This document shows, piece by piece, positions 49,718 through 60,346 of a stretch of DNA of 64,000 bases; the stretch's first letter is position 1; each line of letters begins with the position of its first letter. The notes beneath the pieces were generated by a model that was not told where the DNA came from, did not search any database, and worked only from the letters and a program-made list of their open reading frames with translations. Both the position numbers and the translations under genes were made by a program. Location: assembly GCA_965219625.1 (NCBI GenBank), contig OZ244782.1:2727551-2791550 (forward strand), given 5' to 3'. Source of the stretch: Candidatus Multivoraceae bacterium (GTDB lineage: Bacteria > Acidobacteriota > Thermoanaerobaculia > Multivoradales > Multivoraceae).

Positions 49718-50878
49718 ATGAGACGTTCCATGCCGGGCCGCTACGAGGTCAGCGCTGCAAGCGGCGAGCAGGTGCGAGCCTTCATACCGGCGCCGTTGCC
49801 ACCTGAGCCGCCGCTTGATCTGCAAGGCCCTCTTCTGCGTTCCCTGGAAGCCGCCAGTCTCGCCTTGGGACGGCTGGAGGGCGCGAATCCACTCCTGGAG
49901 CCGACGATTCTCGTCTACTCCTACGTCCGCCAGGAGGCGGTGCTCTCCTCCCGGATCGAGGGCACCCAGTCTTCGCTTGCCGATCTTCTGCTCTTCGAGC
50001 TGGACCAGGCGCCGGGCGTGCCGCGCGACGACGCGGCCGAAGTCTCACGCTACGTAGCGGCTCTGGAACACGGGCTGCGGCGATTGCGTGAGGATTTCCC
50101 GTTCTCGAACCGCCTGATCCGCGAGTTGCACCGCATTCTCCTGTCCGCTGGGCGCGGCGCGAGCAAGGACCCAGGCGAGTTTCGGCGTTCTCAGAACTGG
50201 GTCGGCGGCACGCGCCCCGGAAACGCCGTCTTCGTTCCCCCGCCGCACCTTGCCATACCGGACTGCATGGGCGACCTCGAACGCTTCCTGCACGCTGACG
50301 GCGATGGCCTGCCCGCCCTTGTACGCGCCGGCTTGGCTCACGTTCAGTTCGAGACGATCCACCCTTTCCTGGACGGCAACGGGCGTATCGGCCGGCTCCT
50401 GATTACCCTGATGCTGTGCGAAGCAGGCCTGTTGCGTAGGCCGCTCCTCTATCTCAGCGTCTACTTCAAACGCCATCGGGAGCGCTACTACGAACTCCTG
50501 AACGGCGTTCGGCAGACCGGCGACTGGGAAGCGTGGCTGGCGTTCTTTCTCGACGGTGTGCAGGAAACCGCGGAGAACGCTGCTGCAACCGCCCGGCGGC
50601 TCTCCGAGCGCTTCGCGGGCGACAGGGAACGCATCGCCGAACAAGGCCGCCGTGCCGGGTCAGCTCTTCGGGTCCATGAAGTCCTCCAGGAACGGCCGAT
50701 TCTGACGATTCCCGAGACCTGCAGGCGCACCGGCCTCTCCTTTCCGGCCGTCTCGGCTGCGCTGGGGCTCCTGGAAGAAGCACGCCTCGTCCGCGAGATC
50801 ACCGGCTTCCGTCGAAATCGAGTCTACGTTTACGACGAATACCTGAAGATCCTGAACGAAGGCGTGGAGGACGCATGA
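49718..50878 (+). CDS. fic: Fic family protein (AMPylase-type) with an N-terminal inhibitory helix
   Basis: HPFLDGNGRIGR = Fic motif HPFx[DE]GNGR; upstream SSRIEGTQ = [ST]xxxE[GN] inhibitory motif; 386 aa. Confidence 0.85.
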   Translation: MRRSMPGRYEVSAASGEQVRAFIPAPLPPEPPLDLQGPLLRSLEAASLALGRLEGANPLLEPTILVYSYVRQEAVLSSRIEGTQSSLADLLLFELDQAPGVPRDDAAEVSRYVAALEHGLRRLREDFPFSNRLIRELHRILLSAGRGASKDPGEFRRSQNWVGGTRPGNAVFVPPPHLAIPDCMGDLERFLHADGDGLPALVRAGLAHVQFETIHPFLDGNGRIGRLLITLMLCEAGLLRRPLLYLSVYFKRHRERYYELLNGVRQTGDWEAWLAFFLDGVQETAENAAATARRLSERFAGDRERIAEQGRRAGSALRVHEVLQERPILTIPETCRRTGLSFPAVSAALGLLEEARLVREITGFRRNRVYVYDEYLKILNEGVEDA

Positions 50879-50887
50879 CGGGACGGT

Positions 50888-51319
50888 TCAGCGGAGCCGC
50901 TGGAGGAACCACCAGTGGTGGCCCTCCGGGTCGCGAGCACAGTAGTTCCGGTCGACCCAGTAGCCCTCGCCGTAGTCTTGGGTCATCGGCTCGACCGTGA
51001 TGTCGGCGCCGGCCGCCCGTGCCCGCTCGCAGTGCGCGTCGGCGTCGTCGACGTAGACGGCCAGGGACTGGGTATTCGCGCCCCCGACCGCCCGCGGAGA
51101 CTTCTGGTACTCCCGGTCCGGCTGCAGCCCCGTCTGTCCGACCATGATCAGACCGCCGTCCAGGACGAGCTGTGAATGGACGACTCGCCCTTGCTCGTCC
51201 TCGACCCTCTCCCGCACCTCGAATCCGAACGCCCGGGTCAACCAGTCGATCGCGGTTGCCGCGTCGTCATAGAAGACAGATGGTGAGATTCTCGGCCAGC
51301 CGTCCGGCGGATTCTTCAT
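50888..51319 (-). CDS. VOC/glyoxalase family protein
   Basis: Start at internal Met (MKNPPDGWPR...); ~143 aa; glyoxalase-like composition. Confidence 0.55.
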   Translation of the reverse strand: MKNPPDGWPRISPSVFYDDAATAIDWLTRAFGFEVRERVEDEQGRVVHSQLVLDGGLIMVGQTGLQPDREYQKSPRAVGGANTQSLAVYVDDADAHCERARAAGADITVEPMTQDYGEGYWVDRNYCARDPEGHHWWFLQRLR

Positions 51320-51324
51320 CGGTT

Positions 51325-52215
51325 CTACGGCACGACCTCGGCCCAGTTCGGCGCGGCTGCGGCTTCGCCTTCGCCTGCGGCCCACTCGATCGTGTCGCCG
51401 ACCCAGGCCTGGAACATCTCATCGTCCCAGACGTCCTCGCGGTGGCCCATTGCGTTGTAGAGGACGCGGCCGGCGCCGAGTTCGCGGCACCAGGCGATGG
51501 GGTACGGGTCGATGTCGTAGACCTCCTGCTTGGCGCGCTCTTCGCCGGGGTCCATCAGGGCGAGGACGTGGAGCTTGTCCCTCGCGACGTTCTTGAACAG
51601 GTACCACTCGTCCATGATCTTCCACCCGTCCTCGACGGACTTCATCGTCGGGTGTGCCGCGTCGGCGACGCGGACGATCCCCGGGAACTGGGCGCCGTGA
51701 TGAACGAACTCGCCGCCGATCATGCCTACGTACGGGGTCACTTCGTCGTTCTCGCCGTGGAAGGTGTCAGTCGCGGGGTGGAAGCCGACGAAGCCGCCGC
51801 CGGCTTCGATCCAGGCGATCAGGTCGGAGACGCCGTCGGAACTCATCGGCGGATTCCCGTCGCCGCGGAAGAAGCCCTCGCCGGCGCCGCCGCGCTCCGT
51901 CAGGTCGCCCGTCGTGTAGAAGATGACGACGTCGAAGTTCGCGAGCTGTGCGGCGTTGATCAGGCCGGCGTCCTTCGTCGACGTGATCTCGAATCCCCGG
52001 TCTGCCGCGACCTCGGCGAGCACGGTATCGACGTGGCTCGGATGGCCGTCCGTGCGCTTGATCGCCGAGTGTTCGAAGCCGGAGGACTTGCTCAGGAAGA
52101 GGACGCGCGCGGGGCGGTCCGTTTCGTCCTCGGAGGCGAAGGTCGGGGCGCCGGCCGCCAGGAACGCGGCAAGGGTGAGGATCAGGGGGCGAGCGAGGCT
52201 GTGAGTGGAGTTCAT
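51325..52215 (-). CDS. ThuA-like (trehalose-utilisation) secreted protein
   Basis: 296 aa with a signal peptide; class-I glutamine-amidotransferase-like fold by pattern (VVIFYTTGD...GGGFVGFHPATDTF). Confidence 0.65.
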   Translation of the reverse strand: MNSTHSLARPLILTLAAFLAAGAPTFASEDETDRPARVLFLSKSSGFEHSAIKRTDGHPSHVDTVLAEVAADRGFEITSTKDAGLINAAQLANFDVVIFYTTGDLTERGGAGEGFFRGDGNPPMSSDGVSDLIAWIEAGGGFVGFHPATDTFHGENDEVTPYVGMIGGEFVHHGAQFPGIVRVADAAHPTMKSVEDGWKIMDEWYLFKNVARDKLHVLALMDPGEERAKQEVYDIDPYPIAWCRELGAGRVLYNAMGHREDVWDDEMFQAWVGDTIEWAAGEGEAAAAPNWAEVVP

Positions 52216-52259
52216 GCGAGGAAGCTACCACCGCGCTGTTGCCACCGCGCTGTCGCTTC

Positions 52260-53102
52260 TCAGCTGAACTTCGCGATGACGTCCTCGCCGAACGTCGCCA
52301 GGCGGTCCGGCGGCATGGGCGGCACGATGACGCGGGAGACGCCGAGGTCGGCCATCCGCCGAATGTGGTTGGGCGGTCCGCCGTTCGCCGTGATCTCGAT
52401 CGCGTCCGGGTCGCGGCCGGCCGCTTCGGCGCTCTCGCGCATGATGCGGAGCAGACGTTTCAGTTCGTCCGCGTCGCCGAGGGCGGGGAAGAAGCCGTCG
52501 CCGAGCCTGCCGGCGCGTCGGGCGGCCGGTTCCGAGTGGCCGCCGACGACGATCGGAACGGAGCCGTCGACGGGCCGGGGTCGGCTGTAACAGTCGGAGA
52601 ACGAGACGAACTCGCCGTCGTGGCTCGGGCAGTCCTCGGTCCACAGCGCCCGGAAGGCGCGCAGATAGTCGTCCAGGCGGCGTCCGCGGCTGGCGAAGGG
52701 AACGCCAAGGGCCTTGAACTCCTCCTCGAGCCAGCCGACGCCGACGCCGAGGATGGCTCGGCCGCCGGAGAGCTTGTCCAGGGTGGCGACAGCCTTCGCC
52801 GTGACGAGGGGATTCCGCTGCGGGACGATCAGGATGCCGGTGGCGAGTTTGATCCTCTTCGTTGCCGCCGCCACGTAGGATAGCCAGACGAGCGGGTCGG
52901 GGATGTCGAAGTCCTCGCGTCCGCCAGGCATCTTGCCGCTCTCGTCGTAGGGATAGGTGGAGGCGTAGCCGCGCGGTACGACGACGTGCTCCACCGTCCA
53001 TAGCGAGTCGAAACCGGCAGCTTCGGCTGCCTGAGCCAGAGCCGCGGCCGGGGGGCCGTCGACGAAGGGCCCGGTGTTCGCGAACATGATCCCGAATTTC
53101 AA
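52260..53102 (-). CDS. LLM-class F420-dependent oxidoreductase (luciferase-like monooxygenase)
   Basis: LKFGIMFANTGPF N-terminus, TIM-barrel LLM pattern; TTG start at 53102 preceded by GAGGAAGAG; the upper part of the 1032-aa track ORF is antisense to the MMPL gene. Confidence 0.75.
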   Translation of the reverse strand: MKFGIMFANTGPFVDGPPAAALAQAAEAAGFDSLWTVEHVVVPRGYASTYPYDESGKMPGGREDFDIPDPLVWLSYVAAATKRIKLATGILIVPQRNPLVTAKAVATLDKLSGGRAILGVGVGWLEEEFKALGVPFASRGRRLDDYLRAFRALWTEDCPSHDGEFVSFSDCYSRPRPVDGSVPIVVGGHSEPAARRAGRLGDGFFPALGDADELKRLLRIMRESAEAAGRDPDAIEITANGGPPNHIRRMADLGVSRVIVPPMPPDRLATFGEDVIAKFS

Positions 53103-53150
53103 TTCTCTTCCTCGTTCCAGGTGCGTCGGAGCGCGGGACTCTAGCAGCCC

Positions 53151-55469
53151 GTGGCGAAGGTCGCGCTCCGGTCCGCGAGCATGAGGCGGGCGCTCGACGC
53201 GGTCGCGCGCTGGACGATTCGCTCCCCGCGGAGCGCGATCGCCTGGGCTGTCCTGCCGGCTCTCGGCCTGGCGGCGCTGCTGCCGACAACCACCGTCGAT
53301 CTCACGTTCACGGGCGTGATGAACCGCGGCAACGAGCACGTCGGCCGTTACTTCGAGATGTCCGCGCAGTACGATCTCGGCGGTCTGCTCCTCGTCCTTC
53401 TCGAGGGCGAGGAGGAGCGACTCGACGAGGCGGTCGAACGGACGATCCACGCCGCTTCGGCCTTGCCGTCGGTTGCTGCCGCCCGGGGCCCGTTGCCGCT
53501 TGACTGGCTCGAGGAACAGGCGCCGTGGCTCGTCGAGCGGCCGCTGTTCGATCGTTGGCTCGCCGTCGCCGAACGGCCGGAGGATCTTGCAAACCTGGCT
53601 GAGTTTGCCGCCTCTGCCGTGGCCCTTCGCGGGAGGGCCGCCGGAGTGGCCGGCGCCCGGCTGGTCGAGGTGAAGATGGCGAAGGATCCGCTGGCGGAAG
53701 AGGTGGGGGAGAGCGCGTTCTTCGAGATCGAAGCCGCTATCGAAGGGGCGCTCGCCGGTTCCGGGGTGACGGCGGGGTTCTCGGGGCTGCCGGCGCTGTC
53801 GGCGGGTGACCAGGAACAGACGTTCGGCGCGATCAAGCGGCTGACGCCGATCAGCCTCGCGCTCGTGTTGCTGCTCTTCCGGATCGTCGAGAAGCGGCCT
53901 GGCGGCATGCTGTCGGTGGCCCTGGTTCTGGTGCTCTCGATCGGGGCGGCCTTGGGCGTCGTCGGCTTCCTGACCGGGAAGCTGACGGTCATGGAGACGT
54001 TGTTCGGCGTGACCGTCTTCGGCCTCGGCATCGACTTCGCCGTCCATCTCTTCGTGCGCCAGAGGGAGGAACTCGCTCATCGTCGTCCGTTCGACCTCGC
54101 GGTCCGGCGGACGTTGTCCGGCGCCGGCCGCGGCGTCGTCGCCGGCTGCATCACGACGGCGGGGGCGTTTCTTGTCGCGGCGACCGCGCCGGATCCGGTG
54201 GCGCTCCATCTCGGCCTGTCGGGCGGCCTGGGACTGCTGTTCTGCCTGCCGCTCACGCTGCTCATCCTTCCTTCCGTGTGGGTGCTGCGGCAACGGCGGC
54301 TTCACGGGCGGGCGGCAGGCGCGTCCGCGGCACCGGTTGGGCGGGTGACGCCGGTCCGCGTTCCTGGTCTCCCTTCCGTCGTTCGGTGGGCGACGGAGCG
54401 GCCGGTCGGGTGTCTGCTCGTGAGTGGAGGATTGCTCGCGGTGGCTCTCGCGGGGTTGCCCCGGCTGCAGGTCGAGACGCGGCTTGAGCGGATCATGAAC
54501 CGCGACGTTCCGGCGATCGCGATGGTCGATCGGATTCAGGAGGTGCTGGGCACGAATGGGGCGCCTTGGATCCTGGCGGCGGAGAGCCTCGAGGAGGCTC
54601 GGGAGTTCGCTGGCCGGCTGGACGGTCATCCGCTGTTCAGCGAGACGTTGAGTCTCGGCGCCATCTTGCCGACTGATCTGTCGGCGCGGGCCGCGGCGCT
54701 CGACCGCGTCCTTGGCACCGAGGGCGGAGCGTCGACAACCGGCGAAGGACTGGGCGATCCTCGGGCGCTCGCGGTGGCGGCGCTTCGGCGAGCCGCCGCG
54801 GCCGGCCCGCCTGACGTCGACTCGCTGCCGCCCAGCTTGCGCGACAAGTTCATCGCGCCGACGGGCGAGTTCCTGGTCTACGCCTACGCCGCGGACTCGA
54901 AGGCGGACGGCGCCCTCGCCCGGCGTCAGCGGGAGGTCGTGCAGGCGATCGACCCGGACGCCAGCGGCCTGCTGGCGGTGGTGGAAGGGATGATGATCGG
55001 CGATCGGCCCTGGCTCCCGTGGATCGGTCTTGCGATCCTGGGATTCGTGCTCGTCGTCCTCTTCGTCGATTTCCGTCGGCCTGTCTCGGTTCTGCTGGCG
55101 GTGCTGCCGGTTCTGGCCGCCGTGCCGTTCACCTTGGGCGTGCTCTGCTGGGCCGGCATTCCCTTCAACGTGATGACGTGGCTCGTCTTGCCCTTGATCT
55201 TCGGGCTCGGCATCGACGACGGCATCCATGTCGTTCACAGGTTCCTCGACGATCCGGCGCAGTCGATTCGCGAGGCTGCCCTGTCCGTGGGGCGGGCGAT
55301 CGCGATGACGACGCTGACGACGATGGCGAGTTTCTCCATCCTGCTGTTCACCGATCACCCGGGGCTCGAGACGATGGCGGCGGTCATGCTGATCGGTTTG
55401 CCGGCCTGCCTCCTTGCCTCGGTGACGGTGCTTCCGGCGGCGGCGGTTCTGTTGCTTGGAAGACGGTAG
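53151..55469 (+). CDS. MMPL/RND-family membrane transporter
   Basis: 772 aa, two 6-TM MMPL modules separated by periplasmic domains. Confidence 0.8.
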   Translation: MAKVALRSASMRRALDAVARWTIRSPRSAIAWAVLPALGLAALLPTTTVDLTFTGVMNRGNEHVGRYFEMSAQYDLGGLLLVLLEGEEERLDEAVERTIHAASALPSVAAARGPLPLDWLEEQAPWLVERPLFDRWLAVAERPEDLANLAEFAASAVALRGRAAGVAGARLVEVKMAKDPLAEEVGESAFFEIEAAIEGALAGSGVTAGFSGLPALSAGDQEQTFGAIKRLTPISLALVLLLFRIVEKRPGGMLSVALVLVLSIGAALGVVGFLTGKLTVMETLFGVTVFGLGIDFAVHLFVRQREELAHRRPFDLAVRRTLSGAGRGVVAGCITTAGAFLVAATAPDPVALHLGLSGGLGLLFCLPLTLLILPSVWVLRQRRLHGRAAGASAAPVGRVTPVRVPGLPSVVRWATERPVGCLLVSGGLLAVALAGLPRLQVETRLERIMNRDVPAIAMVDRIQEVLGTNGAPWILAAESLEEAREFAGRLDGHPLFSETLSLGAILPTDLSARAAALDRVLGTEGGASTTGEGLGDPRALAVAALRRAAAAGPPDVDSLPPSLRDKFIAPTGEFLVYAYAADSKADGALARRQREVVQAIDPDASGLLAVVEGMMIGDRPWLPWIGLAILGFVLVVLFVDFRRPVSVLLAVLPVLAAVPFTLGVLCWAGIPFNVMTWLVLPLIFGLGIDDGIHVVHRFLDDPAQSIREAALSVGRAIAMTTLTTMASFSILLFTDHPGLETMAAVMLIGLPACLLASVTVLPAAAVLLLGRR

Positions 55470-55480
55470 CCTCCCGCGTC

Positions 55481-56344
55481 ATGGACGAGTTCCGCATGGA
55501 CACGGCGAATCGGCCGATCCGCTGGCGAGGCAGCCTTCTTGCCGCGGTTCTGCTCGGCGGCGTCGGTGTCCTTGCCTGCGACGCTCCGAAGTCCGTTCAG
55601 CTCGACGGCTGGGACGAGAGCAACGAGGCGAGCACGGAGCGGATCGACCACGGCCTCTGGCAGGAGTTGCTGGATCGCTACGTCGTCGCGAGGGACACGG
55701 GCGTCAACTTGGTCGACTATGCAGGCTTCGCCGGGAACCGCGAGGACACGGCGAAACTCGGTGCCTACCTCGACGACCTGCAGGGCCTCGATCCGAGCGT
55801 CTACTCCCGTGCCGAGCAGAAGGCTCTCTGGATGAACCTCTACAACGCGTTGACGCTCCAGGTCGTCCTCTCGGAGTATCCGGTCGATTCGATCAGGGAG
55901 ATTCACGAGGGCCTGATCCCCAGCGCCGGCCCCTGGGGTGACGTCCGGGCTCGGGTGAACGGACGGGACCTGACCCTGGACGACATCGAACACGGCATCC
56001 TTCGGCCTCTGTGGCAGGACGAGCGGATCCACTACGGCGTGAACTGCGCTGCCTACAGCTGCCCTCACCTGATCGCTACCGCGTTTACCGGCGCGAACAC
56101 CGAGAGGCTGCTCGAGGAGGCGGCTCGGGCCTACGTGAACCACCCGCGCGGCGTCCGCTTCAGGGCTCCTCATCGGATGATCCTCTCGAGCATCTACGAG
56201 TGGTACGTCGAAGACTTCGGCGGCACCGAGGAATCCGTGATCCAGCACCTTCTCGAGTACGCCGACCCGGAACTCGAGGACCGTTTGTCGAACTTCGACG
56301 GCGCGATCGACTACGAGTACGACTGGCGCCTGAACGAACCTTGA
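55481..56344 (+). CDS. DUF547-domain protein (secreted/lipoprotein-like)
   Basis: MDEFRMD... hydrophobic N-terminus; LWMNLYNALT...GVNCAAYSCP pattern typical of DUF547. Confidence 0.6.
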   Translation: MDEFRMDTANRPIRWRGSLLAAVLLGGVGVLACDAPKSVQLDGWDESNEASTERIDHGLWQELLDRYVVARDTGVNLVDYAGFAGNREDTAKLGAYLDDLQGLDPSVYSRAEQKALWMNLYNALTLQVVLSEYPVDSIREIHEGLIPSAGPWGDVRARVNGRDLTLDDIEHGILRPLWQDERIHYGVNCAAYSCPHLIATAFTGANTERLLEEAARAYVNHPRGVRFRAPHRMILSSIYEWYVEDFGGTEESVIQHLLEYADPELEDRLSNFDGAIDYEYDWRLNEP

Positions 56345-56417
56345 GCCGGCGGCGCTGTGCCAGAATCGGAACCCCCGCGGGGTCGGCAACGATGGCCTGG
56401 GAAGGAGCGATAGGGGC

Positions 56418-57269
56418 ATGATCCAGACAGGCGAGTTCAGGGGCTTCGAGGTCTCGATGGAGGATCCGGGCATCCTCGTCGTCACGTTCAACCGGCCGGA
56501 CCGGCTGAACGGGATGGACGCGCCGATGAAGCGGGACCTGATCGAGACGCTGACCCAGGCAGCGATGGAAGACGCCGTTCGCGTGCTGCTCTTTGCCGGC
56601 AGCGGCAGGGCGTTCTCGGCCGGCGACGACATCAGCGGCCAGGACAAGGGACGACGCGGCGAGGCTCTGGTACCCGACATTCACAGGGGCCACGACAACG
56701 TCCTCGGCACGATCAACGGCCTGCGCAAGATCTCGCAGCCGGTGAACATGGCGATCCGGGGCATGGACAAGCTGTCGATCGCGGCGATGAACGGCGTTGC
56801 CGTGCAGACCGGCTTCTCGCTGGCGCTCAGTTGCGACTTCCGCATCGCCTCGACCGCGGCGCGAATGGGCAGCGGCACGCTCCGCTTCGGGTTGCTGCCC
56901 GACGAGGGTGGCCACTATCTGCTGCTCCAGATGATGGGCTTGCCCAAGGCCTTGGATTTTCTGATGCGGAGCAAGCTCGTCGGCGCGGCGGAGGCGCTCG
57001 ACCTCGGCCTCGTCCACGAGGTCGTCGCGCCGGACGAGCTGATGCCGCGCGCGATGGAGCTTGCCCGCGAACTGGCGAACGGGCCCCAGGTGGCGATGCG
57101 CTTGCTCAAGCGGAGCCTCTACAACGCCGCGGACCAGACCTGGGAGCAGTCGCTCGAGGACATCGCGGCCCGCACGCCGATGGCCGACCATCACCCGGAC
57201 GCGCGGGAAGGCGTCGCCGCGTTTCGCGAGAAGCGGAGACCGGGCTTCAACGCGTGGTTGGACGAGTGA
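56418..57269 (+). CDS. Enoyl-CoA hydratase/isomerase (crotonase family)
   Basis: 283 aa; crotonase fold signature AGSGRAFSAGDD. Confidence 0.85.
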   Translation: MIQTGEFRGFEVSMEDPGILVVTFNRPDRLNGMDAPMKRDLIETLTQAAMEDAVRVLLFAGSGRAFSAGDDISGQDKGRRGEALVPDIHRGHDNVLGTINGLRKISQPVNMAIRGMDKLSIAAMNGVAVQTGFSLALSCDFRIASTAARMGSGTLRFGLLPDEGGHYLLLQMMGLPKALDFLMRSKLVGAAEALDLGLVHEVVAPDELMPRAMELARELANGPQVAMRLLKRSLYNAADQTWEQSLEDIAARTPMADHHPDAREGVAAFREKRRPGFNAWLDE

Positions 57270-57383
57270 CCCGATGAGAGAATCACCGGGTGGCTGGCCG
57301 ACCGACCGGACGGTAGGTGCTATTCTCCGACCTCCACAAGCGACTGAACACACCGTAACCCTTCATGTCCGGGGAGCCTCTCC

Positions 57384-58565
57384 ATGACTGACGCCGTTAT
57401 CGTCTCCACCGCCCGCACGCCGATTGGCAAGGCCTACCGTGGCGCCTTCAACAACCTCGAATCCCCGACGATGGGCGCTGCCGCGATCGAAGCGGCGGTC
57501 GAACGGGCCGGTGTCGAGAAGGGCGAGGTCGACGATGTCGTCATGGGTTGTGCCATGCAGCAGGGCACTCAGGGCAACAACGTCGCCCGCCAGTGCGCGA
57601 TCCGGGCCGGCATGCCGGTCGAGGTATCCGGGATGACGATGGACCGGCAGTGCTCGTCCGGCATGATGGCGATCGCCACCGCCGCCAAGCAGGTCGTCAT
57701 CGATCAAGCGCCCGTTGTCGTCGCCGGCGGCATCGACTCGATCAGCCTCGTCCAGAACGACAAGATGAACCACTTCCGCACTCCGGATCCCTGGATTCGG
57801 GAGCACAAGCCGGACCTTCACCTGCCGATGATCGATACCGCGGAAGTCGTGGCAAAGCGCTACAACGTCACGCGGGAGCAGCAGGACGAGTACGGGCTGC
57901 AGAGCCAGCAGCGGACCGCCGCCGGCCAGGAAGCGGGCGCCTTCGATGACGAGATCATCGCGATGAAGGCGACGAAGATGATCCTCGACAAGGCGACGGG
58001 CGACATCAGCTTCGGCGAGGTCGAGCTGAGCCAGGACGAAGGCAACCGGCCGAGCACGACGATCGAGGGCTTGGCCGGGCTGAAGCCGGTGCGCGAAAAC
58101 GGCACGATCACGGCCGGCAACGCGAGCCAACTCTCGGACGGCGCGTCTGCCTGTGTCGTCATGGATTCCAAGCTGGCCGAGCAGCGCGGTCTGGAGCCGC
58201 TCGGCATCTACAAGGGCATGGCGGTCGCCGGCTGCGAGCCGGACGAGATGGGCATCGGCCCGGTCTTCGCCGTGCCCAAGCTGCTCAAGCGTCACGGCCT
58301 GACGATGGACGACATCGACCTCTGGGAGCTGAACGAAGCGTTCGCCGTTCAGGTCATCTACTGCCGTGACCGGCTGGGCATCCCGAACGACAAGCTGAAC
58401 GTGAACGGAGGCGCGATCTCGATCGGTCACCCGTACGGGATGAGCGGTGCGCGGCTCGTCGGCCACGCGCTGATCGAGGGCAAGCGCCGCGGCGCGAAGA
58501 ACGTCGTCGTCACGATGTGCATCGGCGGCGGCATGGGCGCGGCGGGGCTGTTCGAGGTCGCGTGA
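57384..58565 (+). CDS. Acetyl-CoA C-acetyltransferase (thiolase II)
   Basis: 393 aa; [21 protein letters not shown]-terminal [20 protein letters not shown] and CIGGGMG active-site motifs. Confidence 0.9.
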   Translation: MTDAVIVSTARTPIGKAYRGAFNNLESPTMGAAAIEAAVERAGVEKGEVDDVVMGCAMQQGTQGNNVARQCAIRAGMPVEVSGMTMDRQCSSGMMAIATAAKQVVIDQAPVVVAGGIDSISLVQNDKMNHFRTPDPWIREHKPDLHLPMIDTAEVVAKRYNVTREQQDEYGLQSQQRTAAGQEAGAFDDEIIAMKATKMILDKATGDISFGEVELSQDEGNRPSTTIEGLAGLKPVRENGTITAGNASQLSDGASACVVMDSKLAEQRGLEPLGIYKGMAVAGCEPDEMGIGPVFAVPKLLKRHGLTMDDIDLWELNEAFAVQVIYCRDRLGIPNDKLNVNGGAISIGHPYGMSGARLVGHALIEGKRRGAKNVVVTMCIGGGMGAAGLFEVA

Positions 58566-59374
58566 CGGACGACGGTCGGAGCGGCGGCCTCGGGCGGCGT
58601 TGGCGCCGCCTGGCCGCGACGGTCGTCGTCGCCGCGTTGACCGTGACCGGCGCCCCGGCCGCCGCCCAGACGGAGTTCCACCTGCAGTTCGGCGAGCTGT
58701 TGAATCCGTTCGCCGCGCAAGAGGAGGAGACCTTCCTTCTCACCCTGCAGCAGGCAACTCAGTGGAAGTACGGGGACAGCTTCTTCTTCGTCGATTATCT
58801 GGACGACAGGGGTCGGGATGGCTTCAACGAGCGGGACTTCTTCGCGGAGTGGTACCCGACGGTGAGCCTCGGCAAGATGACCGGGAGGACGATGGGAGGC
58901 GGCCCTCTCGGCGACGTCGGCTTCATCGCCGGACTGAATGCCGCGGGCGACGCGAAGGTCGTCAAGTACCTGCCGGGGGTGCGCCTGGCCTGGAAGGCGC
59001 CCGGGTTCATCTTCCTGAACACGGACCTGATGCTCTACGTCGACGGCAGCAGCGGCGTCGGCGCCGGCGGCGCTCCGAAGACCGATGACAGCTACTGCGT
59101 CGACGTGAACTGGCTGTACCTGTTCTCGGTCGGAGAACAGGACTTTCAGATGACGGGTCACGCGGAGTACATCGGCAGCGTGACGAACGAACTCGGGCGG
59201 ACCTACGGAGGTTCGATTCTGGCCCAGCCGCAGTTCCGCTGGGATGCGGGCAAGGCGTTCGGCGGCGACGCCGGCAAGCTGTTCGCGGGGATCGAGTACC
59301 AGTACTGGAGCAACAAGCTCGGCACGGATGAGGACGAAAGCGCGGTCCAGCTCCTCCTCGTCTGGCAGCTCTAG
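58562..59374 (+). CDS. Outer-membrane beta-barrel protein (Tsx/OmpK-like, putative)
   Basis: GTG start overlapping the thiolase stop (GTGA); signal peptide ...[20 protein letters not shown]; alternating amphipathic beta-strand pattern. Confidence 0.5.
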   Translation: MTDDGRSGGLGRRWRRLAATVVVAALTVTGAPAAAQTEFHLQFGELLNPFAAQEEETFLLTLQQATQWKYGDSFFFVDYLDDRGRDGFNERDFFAEWYPTVSLGKMTGRTMGGGPLGDVGFIAGLNAAGDAKVVKYLPGVRLAWKAPGFIFLNTDLMLYVDGSSGVGAGGAPKTDDSYCVDVNWLYLFSVGEQDFQMTGHAEYIGSVTNELGRTYGGSILAQPQFRWDAGKAFGGDAGKLFAGIEYQYWSNKLGTDEDESAVQLLLVWQL

Positions 59375-59411
59375 CTCTAGCTCTAGCGCCGCGGGCCAGC
59401 GCCACAGGCTG

Positions 59412-60317
59412 CTAGGTCGGCTCCCAGGTGAACACGTCCGTCGTCCGGTCGAGGTCGAAGAAGGACCCCGCCAAGGCCGGCATCCCGCGCTCGGCGATGG
59501 ACTCCGGGGTCCAGCCGTCGCCGTTGTGCACGGAACGGATCGGCCGCGGCTGGCTCATCAGGAAGATCTCGTTCTTGCGTACGGCGAAGATCTGGCCGCT
59601 GACGTCCCTGGCCTTCTCGCTCAGCAGATAGACCGCGAGGGGCGCGACGAGGGCCGGCGTCATCTCCTTCATCTTCGCCACCCGCGCCTCCTGCGCCGGG
59701 TCGGCGGTCGGAATCGTGCCGATCAGGCGGGACCAGGCGAAGGGTGCGATGCAGTTCGAGCGCACCTCGAAGCGCTGCATGTCGAGCGCGAGGGACTTGG
59801 ACAGCCCGACGATGCCGAGCTTTGCGGCAGCGTAGTTCGCCTGGCCGAAGTTGCCGATCAGCCCCGAGGTCGACGTCATGTGGACGAAGGCGCCGCCGAT
59901 CTGCTTGCGATAGTGCGGCGCCGCCGCCCGGGCCACGTTGAAGCTGCCCTTCAGGTGGACGGCGATCACCGCGTCCCAGTCGCTCTCCGTCATCTTGTGG
60001 AAGATCACGTCGCGCAGGATGCCGGCGTTGTTGACGACGCCGTCGATCTGGCCGAACTCGTCCAGCGCCTGCTCGATCATCCGCTCCGCGCCCTGGTGGT
60101 CCGCGACGCTCTCGTAATTCGCCGCGGCGCGCCCGCCGCCGACCTGAATCTCGTCGACGACGGCCTGCGCCGGCGTTTGGTCGGCGCCGTCGCCGCGCTC
60201 GGAACCGCCGAGATCGTTGACGACCACGGCGGCGCCCTGAGCCGCGGCGAGCAGGGCGATATCGCGGCCGATGCCGCGCCCCGCGCCGGTGACGACGATG
60301 ACCTTCTCGTGCAACAT
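59412..60317 (-). CDS. SDR-family oxidoreductase (3-oxoacyl/3-hydroxyacyl dehydrogenase-like)
   Basis: Start MLHEKVIVVTGAGRGIGR (TGxxxGxG) with a GGAGG RBS; YAAAK catalytic motif; 302 aa. Confidence 0.8.
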   Translation of the reverse strand: MLHEKVIVVTGAGRGIGRDIALLAAAQGAAVVVNDLGGSERGDGADQTPAQAVVDEIQVGGGRAAANYESVADHQGAERMIEQALDEFGQIDGVVNNAGILRDVIFHKMTESDWDAVIAVHLKGSFNVARAAAPHYRKQIGGAFVHMTSTSGLIGNFGQANYAAAKLGIVGLSKSLALDMQRFEVRSNCIAPFAWSRLIGTIPTADPAQEARVAKMKEMTPALVAPLAVYLLSEKARDVSGQIFAVRKNEIFLMSQPRPIRSVHNGDGWTPESIAERGMPALAGSFFDLDRTTDVFTWEPT

Positions 60318-60346
60318 GCGGGTGTTCAAGTCGGGGCCTCCCTTCT

